From Octopus vulgaris (lineage: Eukaryota): DNA of 64,000 bases. The notes below the pieces were generated by a model that ran no database searches, was not told the origin of the DNA, and worked only from the letters and a program-made list of their open reading frames with translations. The stretch lies in the NCBI GenBank assembly GCA_951406725.2, contig OX597816.1:61442001-61506000 (forward strand). Direction: 5' to 3'. Positions 39,106 through 53,068 of the stretch are shown piece after piece; the stretch's first letter is position 1; each line of letters opens with the position of its first letter. A program made the translations under genes and the position numbers.

Positions 39106-39953
39106 CGTCTAACTGCCTGTCTGTCTGTCTGATTGTCTGTATGCCTGGTTGTCTGTCTGTCTCTTTAGACGATGTAGTTAGTAGTCCTTTCTGTCCCCTC
39201 TCTGTACATATATTTAGTGAGTGACTGAAAGTGTGTGTGTAAATGAGAGAGAGAGAAAGAAGGAAAACGAGAGAGAGAGAGAGAGAGGGGAGAGAGAGAG
39301 AGAGAGAGAGCTGTGTGTTATACTTAATGCAAAGTACCTCGTAGAAAGGTAAATTTACTGTGCTATTATTCTAGATAATATCTCTCGTGGATGTGCCGTG
39401 TTTAAAAACACTATATAATTCGGATGTTGAAGAAAATCGTCCAGTAGCAGCAGCAGCAGCTTCAGCATCATAAGCAGGAATAGCAGCAGCAGTAGCAGAA
39501 GCATCCACAGCAGCAGCAGTGAGTGAGAATGCCAGGTGCATTTCATCCTCGTTGAGCCTTGTCAATGGGGCATACCAGCCGTCAACCTCATGCCTAGACA
39601 AAAGTTGTCTTCTCCAACATAGAGGAAAACAACGGAAACCAGTCATTGGTATTGCGAAGAACTGCCATGCTGAATAAAAATCCATTGTATGCAAAAATAC
39701 AATAGAAGTTAAAACAGCCGTATGTGGTTGCTGTCGTTGTGTTGATGTAAGGTACATACCAGAGATAAAAATTTTGGAAATATTGTTTGCAGAGTTATTG
39801 TACAACAAAAAGAGAAATTGGAATTTTTTTGGTATTATATATTCACCGTTACATGTGTTTCATTTGCTAATAGGAATTACAAATACTTACATGTTACATG
39901 AACATGTAAAAGATTTTCTATTTGAATATCTTTAGACAGAGAATGCATACATA

Positions 39954-40036
<83 letters not shown>

Positions 40037-40970
40037 CATACATATATACTCAAACATATATATACATATGAATATAGGTGTCTAGATATGTATATATATA
40101 TAAATATTTACATATATATATATACATATACATATCTACATACACATACATATTTTTACTGTACACATCTATCTCTGAAATTATAGATACAAAAATGTTT
40201 AGTTCATTGCATATATGTACTGTAGTTACAACTTCGAAAATACGCCTTTTTGTTATTTGACTGAGAGCAGTTTTATGCTGTATGTGTGTCTTAGATAACT
40301 GAGAAGTGTAATTTCTTATAGTTAAGAATGGTGGAGAATGAAGCCGTTAGCATCAGTTAGTGAATAGAGTGTCAAAATTCTGCTTCATAGATCGAATATT
40401 CCCCTTCTGTCATCACATCTGTTTTGTCTAACTACTAATGATAATTAAAAAAAAATACCGAGAGACGCTGCTATAAAGCATTCCAGTGTGAATTTGTCAT
40501 TATCGAAGATGGAACCACGAAATATTTTAATTACACTGCTAATGAATGTGAGCAAAGCATGGTTATTGTGTACTCAGGTGTATCGGATGTTGACAGAAGT
40601 GAGTTAGGAGGATTATCAGAAAAAACACAAAACAGATATTTTACTGCAAAGTCATGGCCTTCATCAAATTTGACTTTGTTCTGTTTGTGAAGATCCTCAT
40701 CGTGCAGAGGGGAACCTGTGGATGTGTCTCAAGAGATTTCTGCAAGAAGTTGTCAATACATTTTCCCAAGGAAAACGATACAGTGTGCAAGTCATCGAGT
40801 TGACGTCTTATTGACTGTATGACATAACGAGCATAAAAAATAGCCACTTTAAACTTACTGCACATCAGAGATACGTTCGCTTTTTGATCTAGGAAAAATT
40901 ATATACACTCATTTTCATGGGTCCTTGGAAAAATAAGTACCATCACATTTTATTAAAAAAAGTTATTACG

Positions 40971-41017
<47 letters not shown>

Positions 41018-41059
41018 CAACAATAATAGTAATAATAATAGTAATAATAATAATAATAA

Positions 41060-41290
41060 ATGCCCTGATGCAGTACCAGACAGTGGCTCTCATGTCTTCT
41101 GATCTTAACTTGATTGGAAGTGTTATCATGTACATTGTTTTGTATTGTTATAAAAGATGGGCTACAGCAAATATTCTGCTCAAAACCACAAATTTGCTTG
41201 TCAATTGTTTGACCATAACCAGTTGACCATGTCCCATAGTGGCTGACGATATGTGCATCTCTGATCATGAGCAGAAGTAGTGGAGGAGCA
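41060..41290. repeat. Interspersed repeat next to (AAT)n, repeated and extended at 41963-42447
   Basis: cagtggctctcatg...gtgttatcatgtacattgttttg...gcagaagtagtgga occurs twice. Confidence 0.75.
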
Positions 41291-41960
41291 CAAGATCAAG
41301 CATTGAAGACTAACTGAATAAATGCCAAGACAGACAGAAACCAAGTAGATTCTCAGTGTAGGCTGTGCAAATCAAAAGAGGGAAGCGTTACTCATATAGT
41401 AAGTGAATATAGTATGCTAGCAGAGAAAGAATACAAGAAAAGACATGACAATCTAGGGAGAGTAATCTACTGGGAGCTATGTAGAAAGCTAGGATTTGAA
41501 CATACTGATAAATGGTGTGAACATGAACTTAGTAAAGTACTAGAAAGTAAGAAATATAACATGTTGTGGGACTTTAACATTCAGACTGACAGAGTAATAG
41601 AAGTTACATGACCTGTGCCAGATAATTGATTTTACAGTCCCAAATGATGAACAAATCAAAATGAGGGGTATTAAAAAGATAGGGAAGTACCGAGACCTAG
41701 CCATTTAATGACAGAGACTATGGAAAGTGCGGGTAAAATGTATCCTAGTAGTTAAAGGTGCATTGGGAGCAATCCCTAAATATTTGAACAGATGGTTAGA
41801 GGAAATAGGCATAAAACTCAGTTTAGTACAGCTCCAGAAAACAGCGTTATTAGTGACTTCTAGGATACTTAGGAGGGTTCTTCACATCTAAGGTCACTTG
41901 TTGTAGCCCGATGTCAGCATTTTTCTTTTCCAACAGTCTGATCTGTTGTGTACATATGAA
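41290..41960 (+). mobile_element. R4/Dong-type LINE 3' remnant (restriction-like endonuclease)
   Basis: LAEKEYKKRHDNLGRVIYWELC...LWDFNIQTDRVI, KYRDL and GALGAIPK. Confidence 0.85.
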
Positions 41961-42499
41961 CTAGGCAGTGGCTCTCATGGCTTTTGATCTTAACTGATTG
42001 GCAGTGTTATCATGTACATTGTTTTGTCTTGGTATAGTAGATGGGCTACATCAAATATTCTGCACAATATCACAGATTTGCATGTCAGTTGTTTGACCTT
42101 AATCAGTTGAGCATGTTCCTTAGTAAATGACGATATGTGCATCTCTGATCACAAGCAGAAGTAGTGGAAGAGCATCATAGCCATGGGGTTTGGATAATTC
42201 CCTTTTGGAAACATGTGTTTCGTTCAACATCCTTAAACAACCCTTATTCAGGAACCTTTTGAGCGGGATGAGCCACCTGCATGGTCATGCGCTGTTTATC
42301 TTGATATTAGATCACCATGTCGCGAACATATGGTTGTGTTGCATGTGCATGGTGTACCCTTATCAGACGGGTAGTCATGATGGGTATACTGAGTTTTGTA
42401 TATTTTACCTTAGTGTCACTTTGATGGCATGCACTGCTCCCTCACTCAACAACAACAACAACAGCAACAACAATAGCAATAATAATAATAATGATTATA

Positions 42500-42712
42500 A
42501 TTGGATGGTAGTAAACAAGTTGATGCAGACCAGAAGCAAGGTTTTAACGCCTGTAGAGTATAAATCAAGACATGACAGAGTTGGGCCAATACCTACATTG
42601 GATAATGTGTGGGCATTATAAAGTCAAAACTGCAACTGCTGACAAATGGTACAAGCACTACTCTGAGGCTGTAACCGAGGGAGAAAATGTAACTATTCTT
42701 TGGGACTTCCTA
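42500..42712 (+). mobile_element. R4/Dong-type LINE fragment
   Basis: EYKSRHDRVG / QYLHWIMC...DKWYKH...VTILWDF. Confidence 0.75.
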
Positions 42713-43272
42713 GTCTACTTGCTCGACACTCGGTCTCGGGACTCTTTTTTGTAACAAACTGCCATCGCGTATTTCTTCTGCGGCGGCCTCTTAGTAATGT
42801 TTAGCAGTTCTCTGTGATTAGAAAAGCAAATTGTTGATAATAATTATTGTTTGTACCGTGTAAATTAATATTTTCACTTGTTCAACTTGCGCTATTTTTT
42901 CGTTTGACAAAGTGTATGCGTGTGATTAAGTGAATTTGTTTCCTCTTTCGTATCAGTTTTTACTCTGTGTTGTTAAACTCAGAGTTTGTTTTCTCGGGGG
43001 CATTCCCAGCTGCTTTAGCATGTGCAGTCATAAGGAAAAATGATGTAAACACAAAAATTAGAATGTATGTCTAAAAACATATTCTGTTATGTCTACTCCA
43101 GGTATGAGGCAAATATCCACATGTTCTTAAGGTTCTCTGTTTGAAAAGAATCCGAAAAATAGACAACTTTTCATTCAGTAAACTTGGCAAAATTCCACAT
43201 TCAAACAGAGCGAGAAATCACACGTCTGTTCGCGGCAAACACCACCACCACCACCAACAACAACAACGATAG

Positions 43273-43320
<48 letters not shown>

Positions 43321-43479
43321 TGATAATAATGATAATAATAAATATAATAATGATAATAATAATGATGATGACGATAATGAAGTTGCTGAGGATGATGTTG
43401 ATGGTGATGATGAGGATGACGACAACGACGACGATGATGATAATGCTGATGATGATGATGATAATAATAATAATAATAG

Positions 43480-44353
43480 TCAACCAGAGAGAAGAAAATC
43501 AACAGAGCATGGAATTTCATGGTCACTTCTACCGTGAAACTAACAAATTAAAAGACCAGGAAGAATCATGGAGGTGGCTCGGCAAGAGTGACCTAAAAGC
43601 GAAGACTGAAAACCTAATCATCGCTGCCCAAGATCAGGCATTGAATACCAACTCAGTGAAAAGGGATATATACCACACAAGTGCAAAATGTGTGGGAAGA
43701 GAGTCGAAAGCGTGATTCATGTTGTTGGTGCTTGTGAAAGTCTTGTGCAGAAAGAGTACAAGCGTAGACACGACAAGGTACTCCAAAGCTTTCACTGGTT
43801 ATTATACCGGAAGTATGGATACGAGGTAACGGTTGCTTGGTACAAACATATTCCGGAAAAGGTAATGGACGAAAAGGGGAAGGCAAAAATCCTCTGGGAC
43901 TTTGACTTCCAGACAGACAAGGTGTTAGAGCACCGAAAGCCGGACATAGTAACCTTTAGCAGAGACAAAGAAGAGTGCATAATAATCGACATAGCAGTGC
44001 CAGGAAATCAACATATTATTATGAAAGAAAGAGATAACTATGGAGACCTGAGAATTAAGATCGCCAAGATGTGGCAGCTACGAGCGTCAAACTTTAAGGT
44101 TGTTCCTGTTGTCATCGGAGCATTGGGTTCAATACCACCCAACTTGAAAAGAAGAAGAAGAAGAAAAAGAGAACAATCTGGAAACTCTAGAAATACCCTA
44201 CAATCTAGGTATATTGCAAAAATCGGCATTACTTGGAACTGCACGCATATTGCGTAGAGTACTGTCTGTCTGAAGTCCTTGTTGTGACTTGACAGACAGT
44301 TCAAACCCTACGATACTGGATACTGTGCGACGTCTTATATAATAATAATAATA

Positions 44354-44386
<33 letters not shown>
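43480..44386 (+). mobile_element. R4/Dong-type LINE 3' remnant between (TAA)n tracts
   Basis: TENLIIAAQDQAL, CGKRVESVIHVVGAC, EYKRRHD, WDFDFQTD..LEHRKPDIV, IIDIAVP and VPVVIGALG, with a (TAA)n tail. Confidence 0.9.
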
Positions 44387-44499
44387 TGCTTCCATTATAA
44401 GCACAAGGCCGAAAGCTTTGTGAGTGCGATCTCAGTACTTAAATGGTTTTATATTTTAGCGCCTCCACAAGGATGAAATGCAAAACTGACTTTGGCGGG

Positions 44500-45390
44500 A
44501 TTTTGAACCCAGATGTGCAGTACTTCTGCACCTGTAGGGTTTATCTCGATCCAGCCAAGGAATACGAGAAGTTTCAAAGTCTCCGAGAGAAAGATCCTCA
44601 GAACAGACGAATCAGCTTATTCTAGCCGACACACTGAGTTTCTCCGATAACATCCCTACTTTTCTCAACCAGTATTCCTTAAAGAAAGCTACATATGGAA
44701 GCTACATCTGTTTCAGGGAATAACTTGTAAAGGGCTAAGAGTACCCGACAACATTCCGGATGCCAGAATCCGATCTTGGCCTTCACTTGATCTAAGGTTA
44801 ACTCATTAAAAAGACGAAAGATGTACCTGGAAAACAGTGACCACAGCTTCTCACCATCCAAGAAACTCTGTAGGCGTTGCAATGTCTACACACCATTAGC
44901 TGCGGTACATCGAACCCACAAAACACAGGGTGTTAGCAGCAGATAGAACATCTACCCAGTGGGATGCGTTATTTCTACAAGAAGAGAAAAAATAGAGATT
45001 CCAATTTGGTTAGACGACAACTAGGGTAAGCTACATCTTATCACGCGATCATAACAACAGAGGTGATGTATGCGTTCGTCACCTCTGACCGACATTTCAG
45101 TGATAGTTTTCGTTCAGCCTATTCTTGGCGAGAGTGGCCAATCAGCTCGCATCCTCTTACAAGTTTCCGTCTGGTTGGAGGTCTTGACTGAAGTAGACTT
45201 TCCTGGTCAAATTAACTGTTAGATGTTCCAGTTCACTGAGACGTTGGCCGTCTTGGACTTAAGTTCCAAGTTGTATTTGCTATAGTTTTTAGTCCTTCAG
45301 TTTCCGCGGCAGAGGATCGAGAGTCAGCAAAGAACGGTGTATATGATTCCGAACAGTTCTGATAGGTGGCCGTTTAGTATGACAACTAAA
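44500..45390 (-). pseudogene. Tx1/L1-like ORF2 remnant
   Basis: RKLSLKCRSEVTNAYITSV parallels RKLSQ..VTNVFIASV of the 8072-9737 element. Confidence 0.55.
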
Positions 45391-45703
45391 TAGATGTGGT
45401 TGTACATTGAAGAGGTTCATATTCTGTGTTCATATTCTGTGGGCAGAATAGAAATCGACTGCATGAGGAACATAATATGATAATAATATAATAATAATGT
45501 AATAATATACCACCATATGTGTATACATACATACATGCATACGTGCATACATGCATACATACATAATGCATACATGTGTGTATGCATTCATACATGCATG
45601 TATGCATAAGTACATTCATACATATATACATAAGTACGTACGTACGTATGTATGCGTGTGCGTGTGCGTGCATATTTATATGTGTGTATATATATATATA
45701 TAT

Positions 45704-45739
<36 letters not shown>

Positions 45740-45948
45740 CATACAAGTACGTACACAAACACACATATAGGTATTGACAATGGGAAATTGCTAACGTATC
45801 TTGACAACCCTGTAGTTTTTGGCATCCATCCAGTATGCCAGTTCTGTAGGCTGGAATGAGATGAGCAGAGGAAGTAAACATCATGAGATTTTGGCGATTA
45901 GGCAGGGAATTAGAGATAACAATAAAACGAGCCGAACACGTGTACACA

Positions 45949-45979
<31 letters not shown>

Positions 45980-46304
45980 ATACATATACGCGCGCGCACG
46001 CATATAAGCGTGAGGGAGTACTGTTACACGGTACCGTATAGACAAAGATAAACACACGCTTTTAAACATGTTTTGTTACATGGAACACATGTATTCCTTT
46101 ACAGTCACACAAACATGTACATTCACTCACATTGTGTCTATATGAAGGGATATGCTTAAAAAGGTGGCTTCAGTCAAGCTGAAGAATCAGAAGTGAAGCA
46201 CCATTGCTGCCAAGCAAAGTGGCATAAAACTGGCAGAGGTTTGACCAGCCACTTGACTTAAAGTACCATAGGGATCGTGGGAAAAGGAATGTTGTGTAGT
46301 ATGT

Positions 46305-46795
46305 AGTTGTTTGTTGAGTATCTCTCTATCCGCTCAGTCGAAGTCGACTCTCGGTTATTCGATGGATCAGTGTCCTCCAGCCAGTTCTATCCTAGGTCGC
46401 TTCTTTCAGATTGGCTATGTCCATTCCCGTGTTCTTGGTCGGCCTCTTCCTCTCTTGCCACTGACTATTCCGAGCATAATGTCCTTCTCCAGGGATTTTC
46501 TTCGCATAATATGACCAAAATATGCCAATCTATGCTTGGTGATCCTAGCTTCTAGCGACAGTTTCGGCTTGATCTGGTTAAGAACTTCTCCATTGGTGAG
46601 CCTCGCTGTCCATGGAATCCGTAAAAGTCTTCTCCAACACCAAAGCTCGAATGCATTAATTCTCTTCTGGTCAGCTTTCTTTAGTGTCCAGGTCTCGCAT
46701 CCATATGTTGCTATTGGGAAGACGATTGCATTCACTAATCTGCATTTGGTAGCGAGTCTGATGTCTCTACTCTTCCAGACCTTGCTCATACTGAG
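46305..46795 (-). mobile_element. RTE/BovB-like LINE 3' fragment
   Basis: TKCRLVNAIVFPIATYGCETWT...FELWCWRRLLRIPWTAR...YFGHIMRR...GKRGRGRP. Confidence 0.92.
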
Positions 46796-46819
46796 TAAGT
46801 TGAGTAAGTACACCAATTA

Positions 46820-47880
46820 TCACATTTATGATTTAGATATAAGAGCTATACATTTCGAAGCTGTTGTCCGTAGTTATCCCCCTTTCTTTTTGATTTTCGA
46901 AGAGATATTCACATAAGCGGGGCTAATGTCTCAAACATCTATATCCGGCTTGTTATATTTGCATTTGGTAGAAGTTATGATGGGAATGCTCCACCAATAT
47001 TTCTTGTGTTGCTGTTTATGTATTCAATAACAATGGTATTGTCCATATTTATTCCAAGGCAGTCTCTTTCTCAGATGGCATTGTATATTGTTTTAGTAAC
47101 ATGGCATGCTCGCTTGGAAGATTGTACCTTGATGACATTTTTGGGTAGCTGTTAATCACATGTGTGATGTCTTCCACGGAAATGTGACATAATGGACATT
47201 TTCAATTGTAATTTGGGGTTCCAAGAACTCCACCGTCTCTTTTGTTCTTTATGTATATTGTAGCAATCTCCTACCTTTGGATTGCAAATGCATGGTCTTC
47301 GAAGTGTAATGTGTTGTAGCGATCACACCTCAAGATGATACATGTGTCATCTTTAAATATTTAGGAATCATTCGCATGCGTAGTCTATTTTCTTTTGGTA
47401 TGCTGAGTGTTTAACATACCGTTCTTCTTTGAGGTATGTTAGCTGTTTTCGAGTTCTCTGGGAGGTCGTCAGGAAGAGAGTACTTCTTGAGGAGTTCACT
47501 ACTGATTCGCAAGCGCAATGTTTATATATTTTTCTGCCGCTATTGTCTAGCAGGTGCTATCTGCGAGACACTATATGACATTTGATGGCTGTTTGTTCTG
47601 ATATCTCAAGGTTTTACCTCTCTCATCTTTTTTTCAGACAGAGCCTGCCGATATCACAGCAGTCTCAGTTACCGTTTGATGAAAAGATCTTGAGGACTTT
47701 AATGTCTACAGAGTGGATGTCCTTTACAGACCAGCCGAGTATCCCCAATCTCGGTACCAGCACTGGAACTGCAAATGCATTTTGGGATACTATAGCAGTT
47801 CCAGCTGCTATATTTTTCTAGGTCTGGTATAATACTCTCCGGTTACTCTATCTGTGTTCACAGTCCCTTCGTGTGATATA
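46820..47880 (-). mobile_element. Old LINE remnant with restriction-like endonuclease (R4/Dong-like)
   Basis: KYWWSIPIITSTKCKYNKPDI, EDITHVINS and GILGWSVKDIHSVDIKV in broken frames. Confidence 0.6.
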
Positions 47881-48208
47881 TTTATGAGTAAGTAGATCTT
47901 AATTTAAATGTAAGCACAAAGTGGAGTGAGAAGAGTACTTATATCGTTGTATTGATTGTATTGTATCGATGTTGATGGCGTTATCGATATCAGCCATAAT
48001 CACACAAGTGAAATTCTACGCGGTGAGACATTTATTTTGTAATCCGGTCTGAATAACGTTAAGTTGGTAAGTAAAAGGTGTTTAATTAGAACAGAACAAA
48101 TAAACCAGGTACTTAAATTGGGTGAGTTGGCAGAATTGTAGGAAGTAAATGTTCAAAAAGACATTTTAAACGCTCCTCTACACCTGTAAGCTTGACGTTG
48201 ACGGCACC

Positions 48209-48239
<31 letters not shown>

Positions 48240-48400
48240 TGTATGTATGTATGTATGTATGTATGTATGTATGTATGTATGTATGTATGTATGTATGTAT
48301 GTATGTATGTATGTATGTATGTATGTGTGTGTGTGTATGTATGTATGCGTGTATGTATGTATGTATTTTTGTATGTAGTTATGTATGTATGTATGTATAT

Positions 48401-48822
48401 ATCAGGTCACTTTCGAGTGCTACTGGTAACGTAACCCAGTACTACCTGTTGCATGGTCGGGTCGTCGGCGACTAAACCGGCAACCCCACCAAGCTCGCTT
48501 GGTGAGGATGGTGTTTATTGATCACCCTGCGGGATGAAAAAACAAAACCCGTCAAAGGGCGGAGGAACTCTTGAGAGTCAACGGCCATCCAATAAATGTC
48601 TTAAAGCTGTATCATGCGCGGGGACATAGAAATAATCGGATTGAATACCCGATCGCGCAGTTAAACCATTGGGAGTGAAGGACTCCTAGCCTTTATCAGG
48701 GCATCCTTCTAGGAGAAGGCAACTCAGGTAACTGGGATAACTCCGAATAAAATCTGCAGCTCAGTGGTTACCGATGATGTTGACTTGTTCTTCTCTTCTT
48801 TTCGGATTATGGCTGCTGTTGC
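48401..48822 (+). mobile_element. Probable RTE-type 5' UTR or derived non-autonomous element; partial inverted copy at 60578-60685
   Basis: Both copies start atcaggtcactt and share gcaaccccaccaa..gcttggtgagg. The motif gggcatccttctaggagaaggcaactc resembles RTE 5' UTRs. Confidence 0.5.
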
Positions 48823-51800
48823 TTACACGCATACACAAATGCAAATGTTGACTGCAGTTATTGCCTCCGTTTAGTTACACACATACATATATATATATAT
48901 AATTATGGACACATACACACTAGTACAGACAAATACAGACCCAAACGCCCCCCCACATACACACACAAACACACGCACACGCATACATAAAGACAAAAAC
49001 ACACATAAACACACAGATATTCGTGCAAGAATACGCTTACATACTTTACTCACGTGTCAGACATATGTCTGCACTAAGTACACAGACGTGGAGACACCCA
49101 CGAATTCCTGTTTGGCATGCAACCATAGTAAGTTGTTATACACATTTCAACGAAGAAAACCGTTTTTTTTCTTAGAGAATGATATTTTCGCTATTGAACA
49201 TTGTAAAAGAACGGTGATAGAACGTAAATACGATTCTATTATGCTGTTTGAATGTTAACGAAAGAATTTGATTCTTAGAGACCAGCTGTTATTTTATTGA
49301 AGAAGTTTAAAGAATAAGTTAAGAAACACACACACACGTATACACACACACATATTGTTTGCCCGTAAAATCTATTAAAGCACCAATTATATAGAGTATA
49401 TCCACGTCTTTCAACACGAACAATGTTTGCGGAACATTCTAATTAGAAAAAAAAAACCCTAACAAAAACAACAAAAAAAACTTTCATTAAATTCAAGCAA
49501 AATAGACCTGCTACAATTCTCTTCAAAACTAAAGCTAAAAGTCTGCACTGTTCTTAGCTTTCAGCACCTGTTAGTCATATCCAACGGATATTATCCGCTT
49601 GATCTTTATCGCCAGATAACATATAAACAAGCTAACGAGATCAACATGTGGAGATAGATTCGTATCTAACATCTGGCTATCTTATACTCCAACCTCGTCA
49701 CAATAAAAGCTTGCAATCGTTTTTTTTTATGGTCCTTTACTAATCTCGGCAGCTGAACACATTGTTTCTAATTCAAAATCCATCATACACCTAAAAAAAC
49801 CATTTTCTTGATTCCCAAATATTTAATATATCCTTCTATCATCTAAATCCCTTCTAAGTTCAACTCATTTCAGTGAAAGATTTTCCTTCTAACAACACAC
49901 GATCTCAGATCAGGTCACTTGCTATGCAAGTACATCTCCGAAATTTTCCTTCTAATCTCAGCAAATTCACAAATGTTTGTCTGACCACATCTCTGAAGCA
50001 CTCTCACACGTGAGTATCTACATGGTAGCTCAAATTGCAATAGCAGCTAAATTTCTCGCAAATTACATTCCACTGCTTTGAAAAAGAAAAAAAAAAAAGG
50101 AAAAAGAAAATGGGTGGGAATGAACACATTTGACAATATAGCGCTAGATAACTCCTAAAAGACGGGAAGGTCATCGATGAAATATTTTTGATTATGGGCC
50201 TGTTAGATCAAGGTTGACCTGAGAATAAATACCGCATCGACGACGACCAGCACCACTACCGCCACCACCGCCACCGCCGCCACCACCACCAAGAACACCA
50301 CCACCACCACCACCACCACCACCATCCACCACCACTATCACTACCACCATTGCCACTACCACCACCACCACTGCTACTAGCAGCAGCAAATGCAAAAACA
50401 TCGACTCTCAACTTTCATTCTTCACAATTTTACGAAGCTGAGCGCGAATCCCCAAACTTTCGGAAATACGAATGCACGCGTGTGTTCTGTCTCGAGCAAA
50501 GAAAACGCAGATTTATCGTTCCAATCTCAGACATCTCTAAACGATCGAAACCATTAACAGTTACCGTATACGCATCTTTTAATTTGCTTAGCAACCATCA
50601 TACTGGTTTCTAATGAGCTAAACAAATGGGTATAGTTCCTCTTATCTCCTTTATAAATTTTCTAAAGTTCTCAAAGATATCAAGGAAATCAAACTTCTTA
50701 TTTACGACATTAGGAGCAAATTCTCTAAAATATCTGACACTAAAATATATTATGCAAACTTCGTGCCAATACGAACAGAGATTTACTTTACAGCCTAATG
50801 GTTTGGCGATCTGAAGAAAGAGACTATGATTTAATTTCCGGTCAGTTTCACGTCTGTCATTGAATTGTCTTTATATGCCAGTTAGATTAACAAAGGAAGT
50901 GTTCAGTGCTTTGCCCAAGGCCACGTACCAATGTTAGTTATATGATACCAATTCACAATCAAGAAGCAGACTCTTCATTACTCAGATAACGCGTTACACT
51001 TCTAAAAACAGAAAATTTCACTTTAATTGAATGCAACGTAATATATCATATAATATTATGATACATTGTAGAGAACGAGGTTAGCTAGCAGCGAACTGAA
51101 ATGGCAGCCTGCTTCCGACTCCCTGTTAAACTTCGTCACTTCACTAGCCTGTTAAAGTTCTCGAGAAGAAGAAGAAGAAGAAGAAGAAAGGAGGAGGAGG
51201 AGAAGAAGAAGAAGGAGGTGAAGAAGAAGAAGAAGAAGAAGAAGAAGAAGAAGAAAAAAAAAGAAGAAAAAGAAGAAGAAGAAAAAGGAAAATAGAAAAA
51301 AAAAGGGAAAATAACTGAGAGGCTATAATTTCCATTTAACTTAGCTGTAGGCATACACATCATGTAGAAGGTAACGAGAAATCCCTGTAGTGCAGTCACT
51401 GTGGTACACATTGACAATATCATTACAAACTATACCCGGCGGCACATATGATGCGTAATGATTCCAAATATTATTTGATTGCTGGTCACAAAGGCATAAT
51501 TTGTAATATCAGCGTAATATTCTAGCAAGGGAGGGGAGAAATCTGGCCGTTCACACTTAACTGAATATTTACCGCCACACTATGTGTCCACTATGTGATC
51601 AAAACATTTCATACATAAATAAAAGGCTTTAGATTCACAGGAGACGAAAATATGAAGTTGGGAAGTTCATACCATTCCAAATATCCCCCGAAGTGCTGGC
51701 GAAGTGATACAGTTCTAGCTGAGAATTGAAATCCGAACCAAATTTGGCTCGCAGTCACAGATTATACACGTTTGCTCAACGAAACTAACCAGGTAGTTTT

Positions 51801-53068
51801 CAAACGGAAAACAAGAATGTCCCTCTCAAAATATTAGTGAGATATTTACCTCTCACCTCCGTAGTAATAAGGAGACAAACTAGAATTTGCATTCATATAA
51901 TTCTTCTCTCTCCGCTATGGTGCTGGACAAGTTTAAAAAGTTAAAAAAAATTTATTGAACATGATAACTTGTTCTCCCCATTTCTATCCTTAATTCTCTC
52001 TCTCGCTTGAGAAGCACTGAGCTAACATACAATACAATACGATATAATATAATACAATATAATACAATATAATATAATATAATATAATATAATATAATAT
52101 ATAGAATATAGTATATTATATTATATAATATAATAATATATTTACAATATATTGCATTCGTTTCCTCTTCATTAGCTTCTCTCGTATTTCTTCATACTGC
52201 CATACACGTATAATACCTGCAGGGGATAAAAGATAATAATGGTGATAATTTAGAAGGCAAATTCAGAACCAGACTAATGGTATCTGAGAATGTGTTAATA
52301 ACAACAAATGTAGAACAAAAATTGATTTTTCTGTCAGAAATTTTCACCTGCAGCCATTAATGAGTTCAGGTCAGATGATATAAAATATAGGAATTCCACC
52401 CCCCACTCTATTTGAGAACGAGCTTAAAGTACATGTAGATGGGCAGAATAGCAGGAAGATAACTTTAATAATACATATTTCCATCGCCGCAGATAAAGAG
52501 ACATGAAATTCTATATTTTGTTTACGTTTGCTATCAACTCTATTTAGATAAGTAAGGGAGGGAAAAAAAACAAAAGGCAAAAAACTAACAATCCCTTACA
52601 AAACTAATAAAATCCAGAAAAAACCCAGTATCAGTGCAAAATGTTAAAAAAAATTTTAAACACAAACCAAAATGCTCTTAAAAACTTTTTAACCAACATA
52701 CTGATAAATTTCAACCAAATAAAATTAGGTGTAAAGCATCGATGGAGAAATATGTATAAATCCCATTTTCTCCCCTTTCTTTTCCTTCTCGTATCTCGTT
52801 TTCTCTCTTTCTCAACCTCAAGAATCACAAAAGATGTGCAATGTTTAAGTTCGCAGCTATCTTTCTTCATTGAACTTTTTACATTTCTGTTGTCAGTTCT
52901 TACATGCACATGTGCACGAACGAAGAGTTTTATGCATATGTATATAAACATATGCCCTTTAGGTACATACAGAGATGCATACGCAAAATATGATACATAC
53001 ATACATACAATCATACATACATATATATAAAATGTTTTGCGTATGCAATACACACACATACATACATA

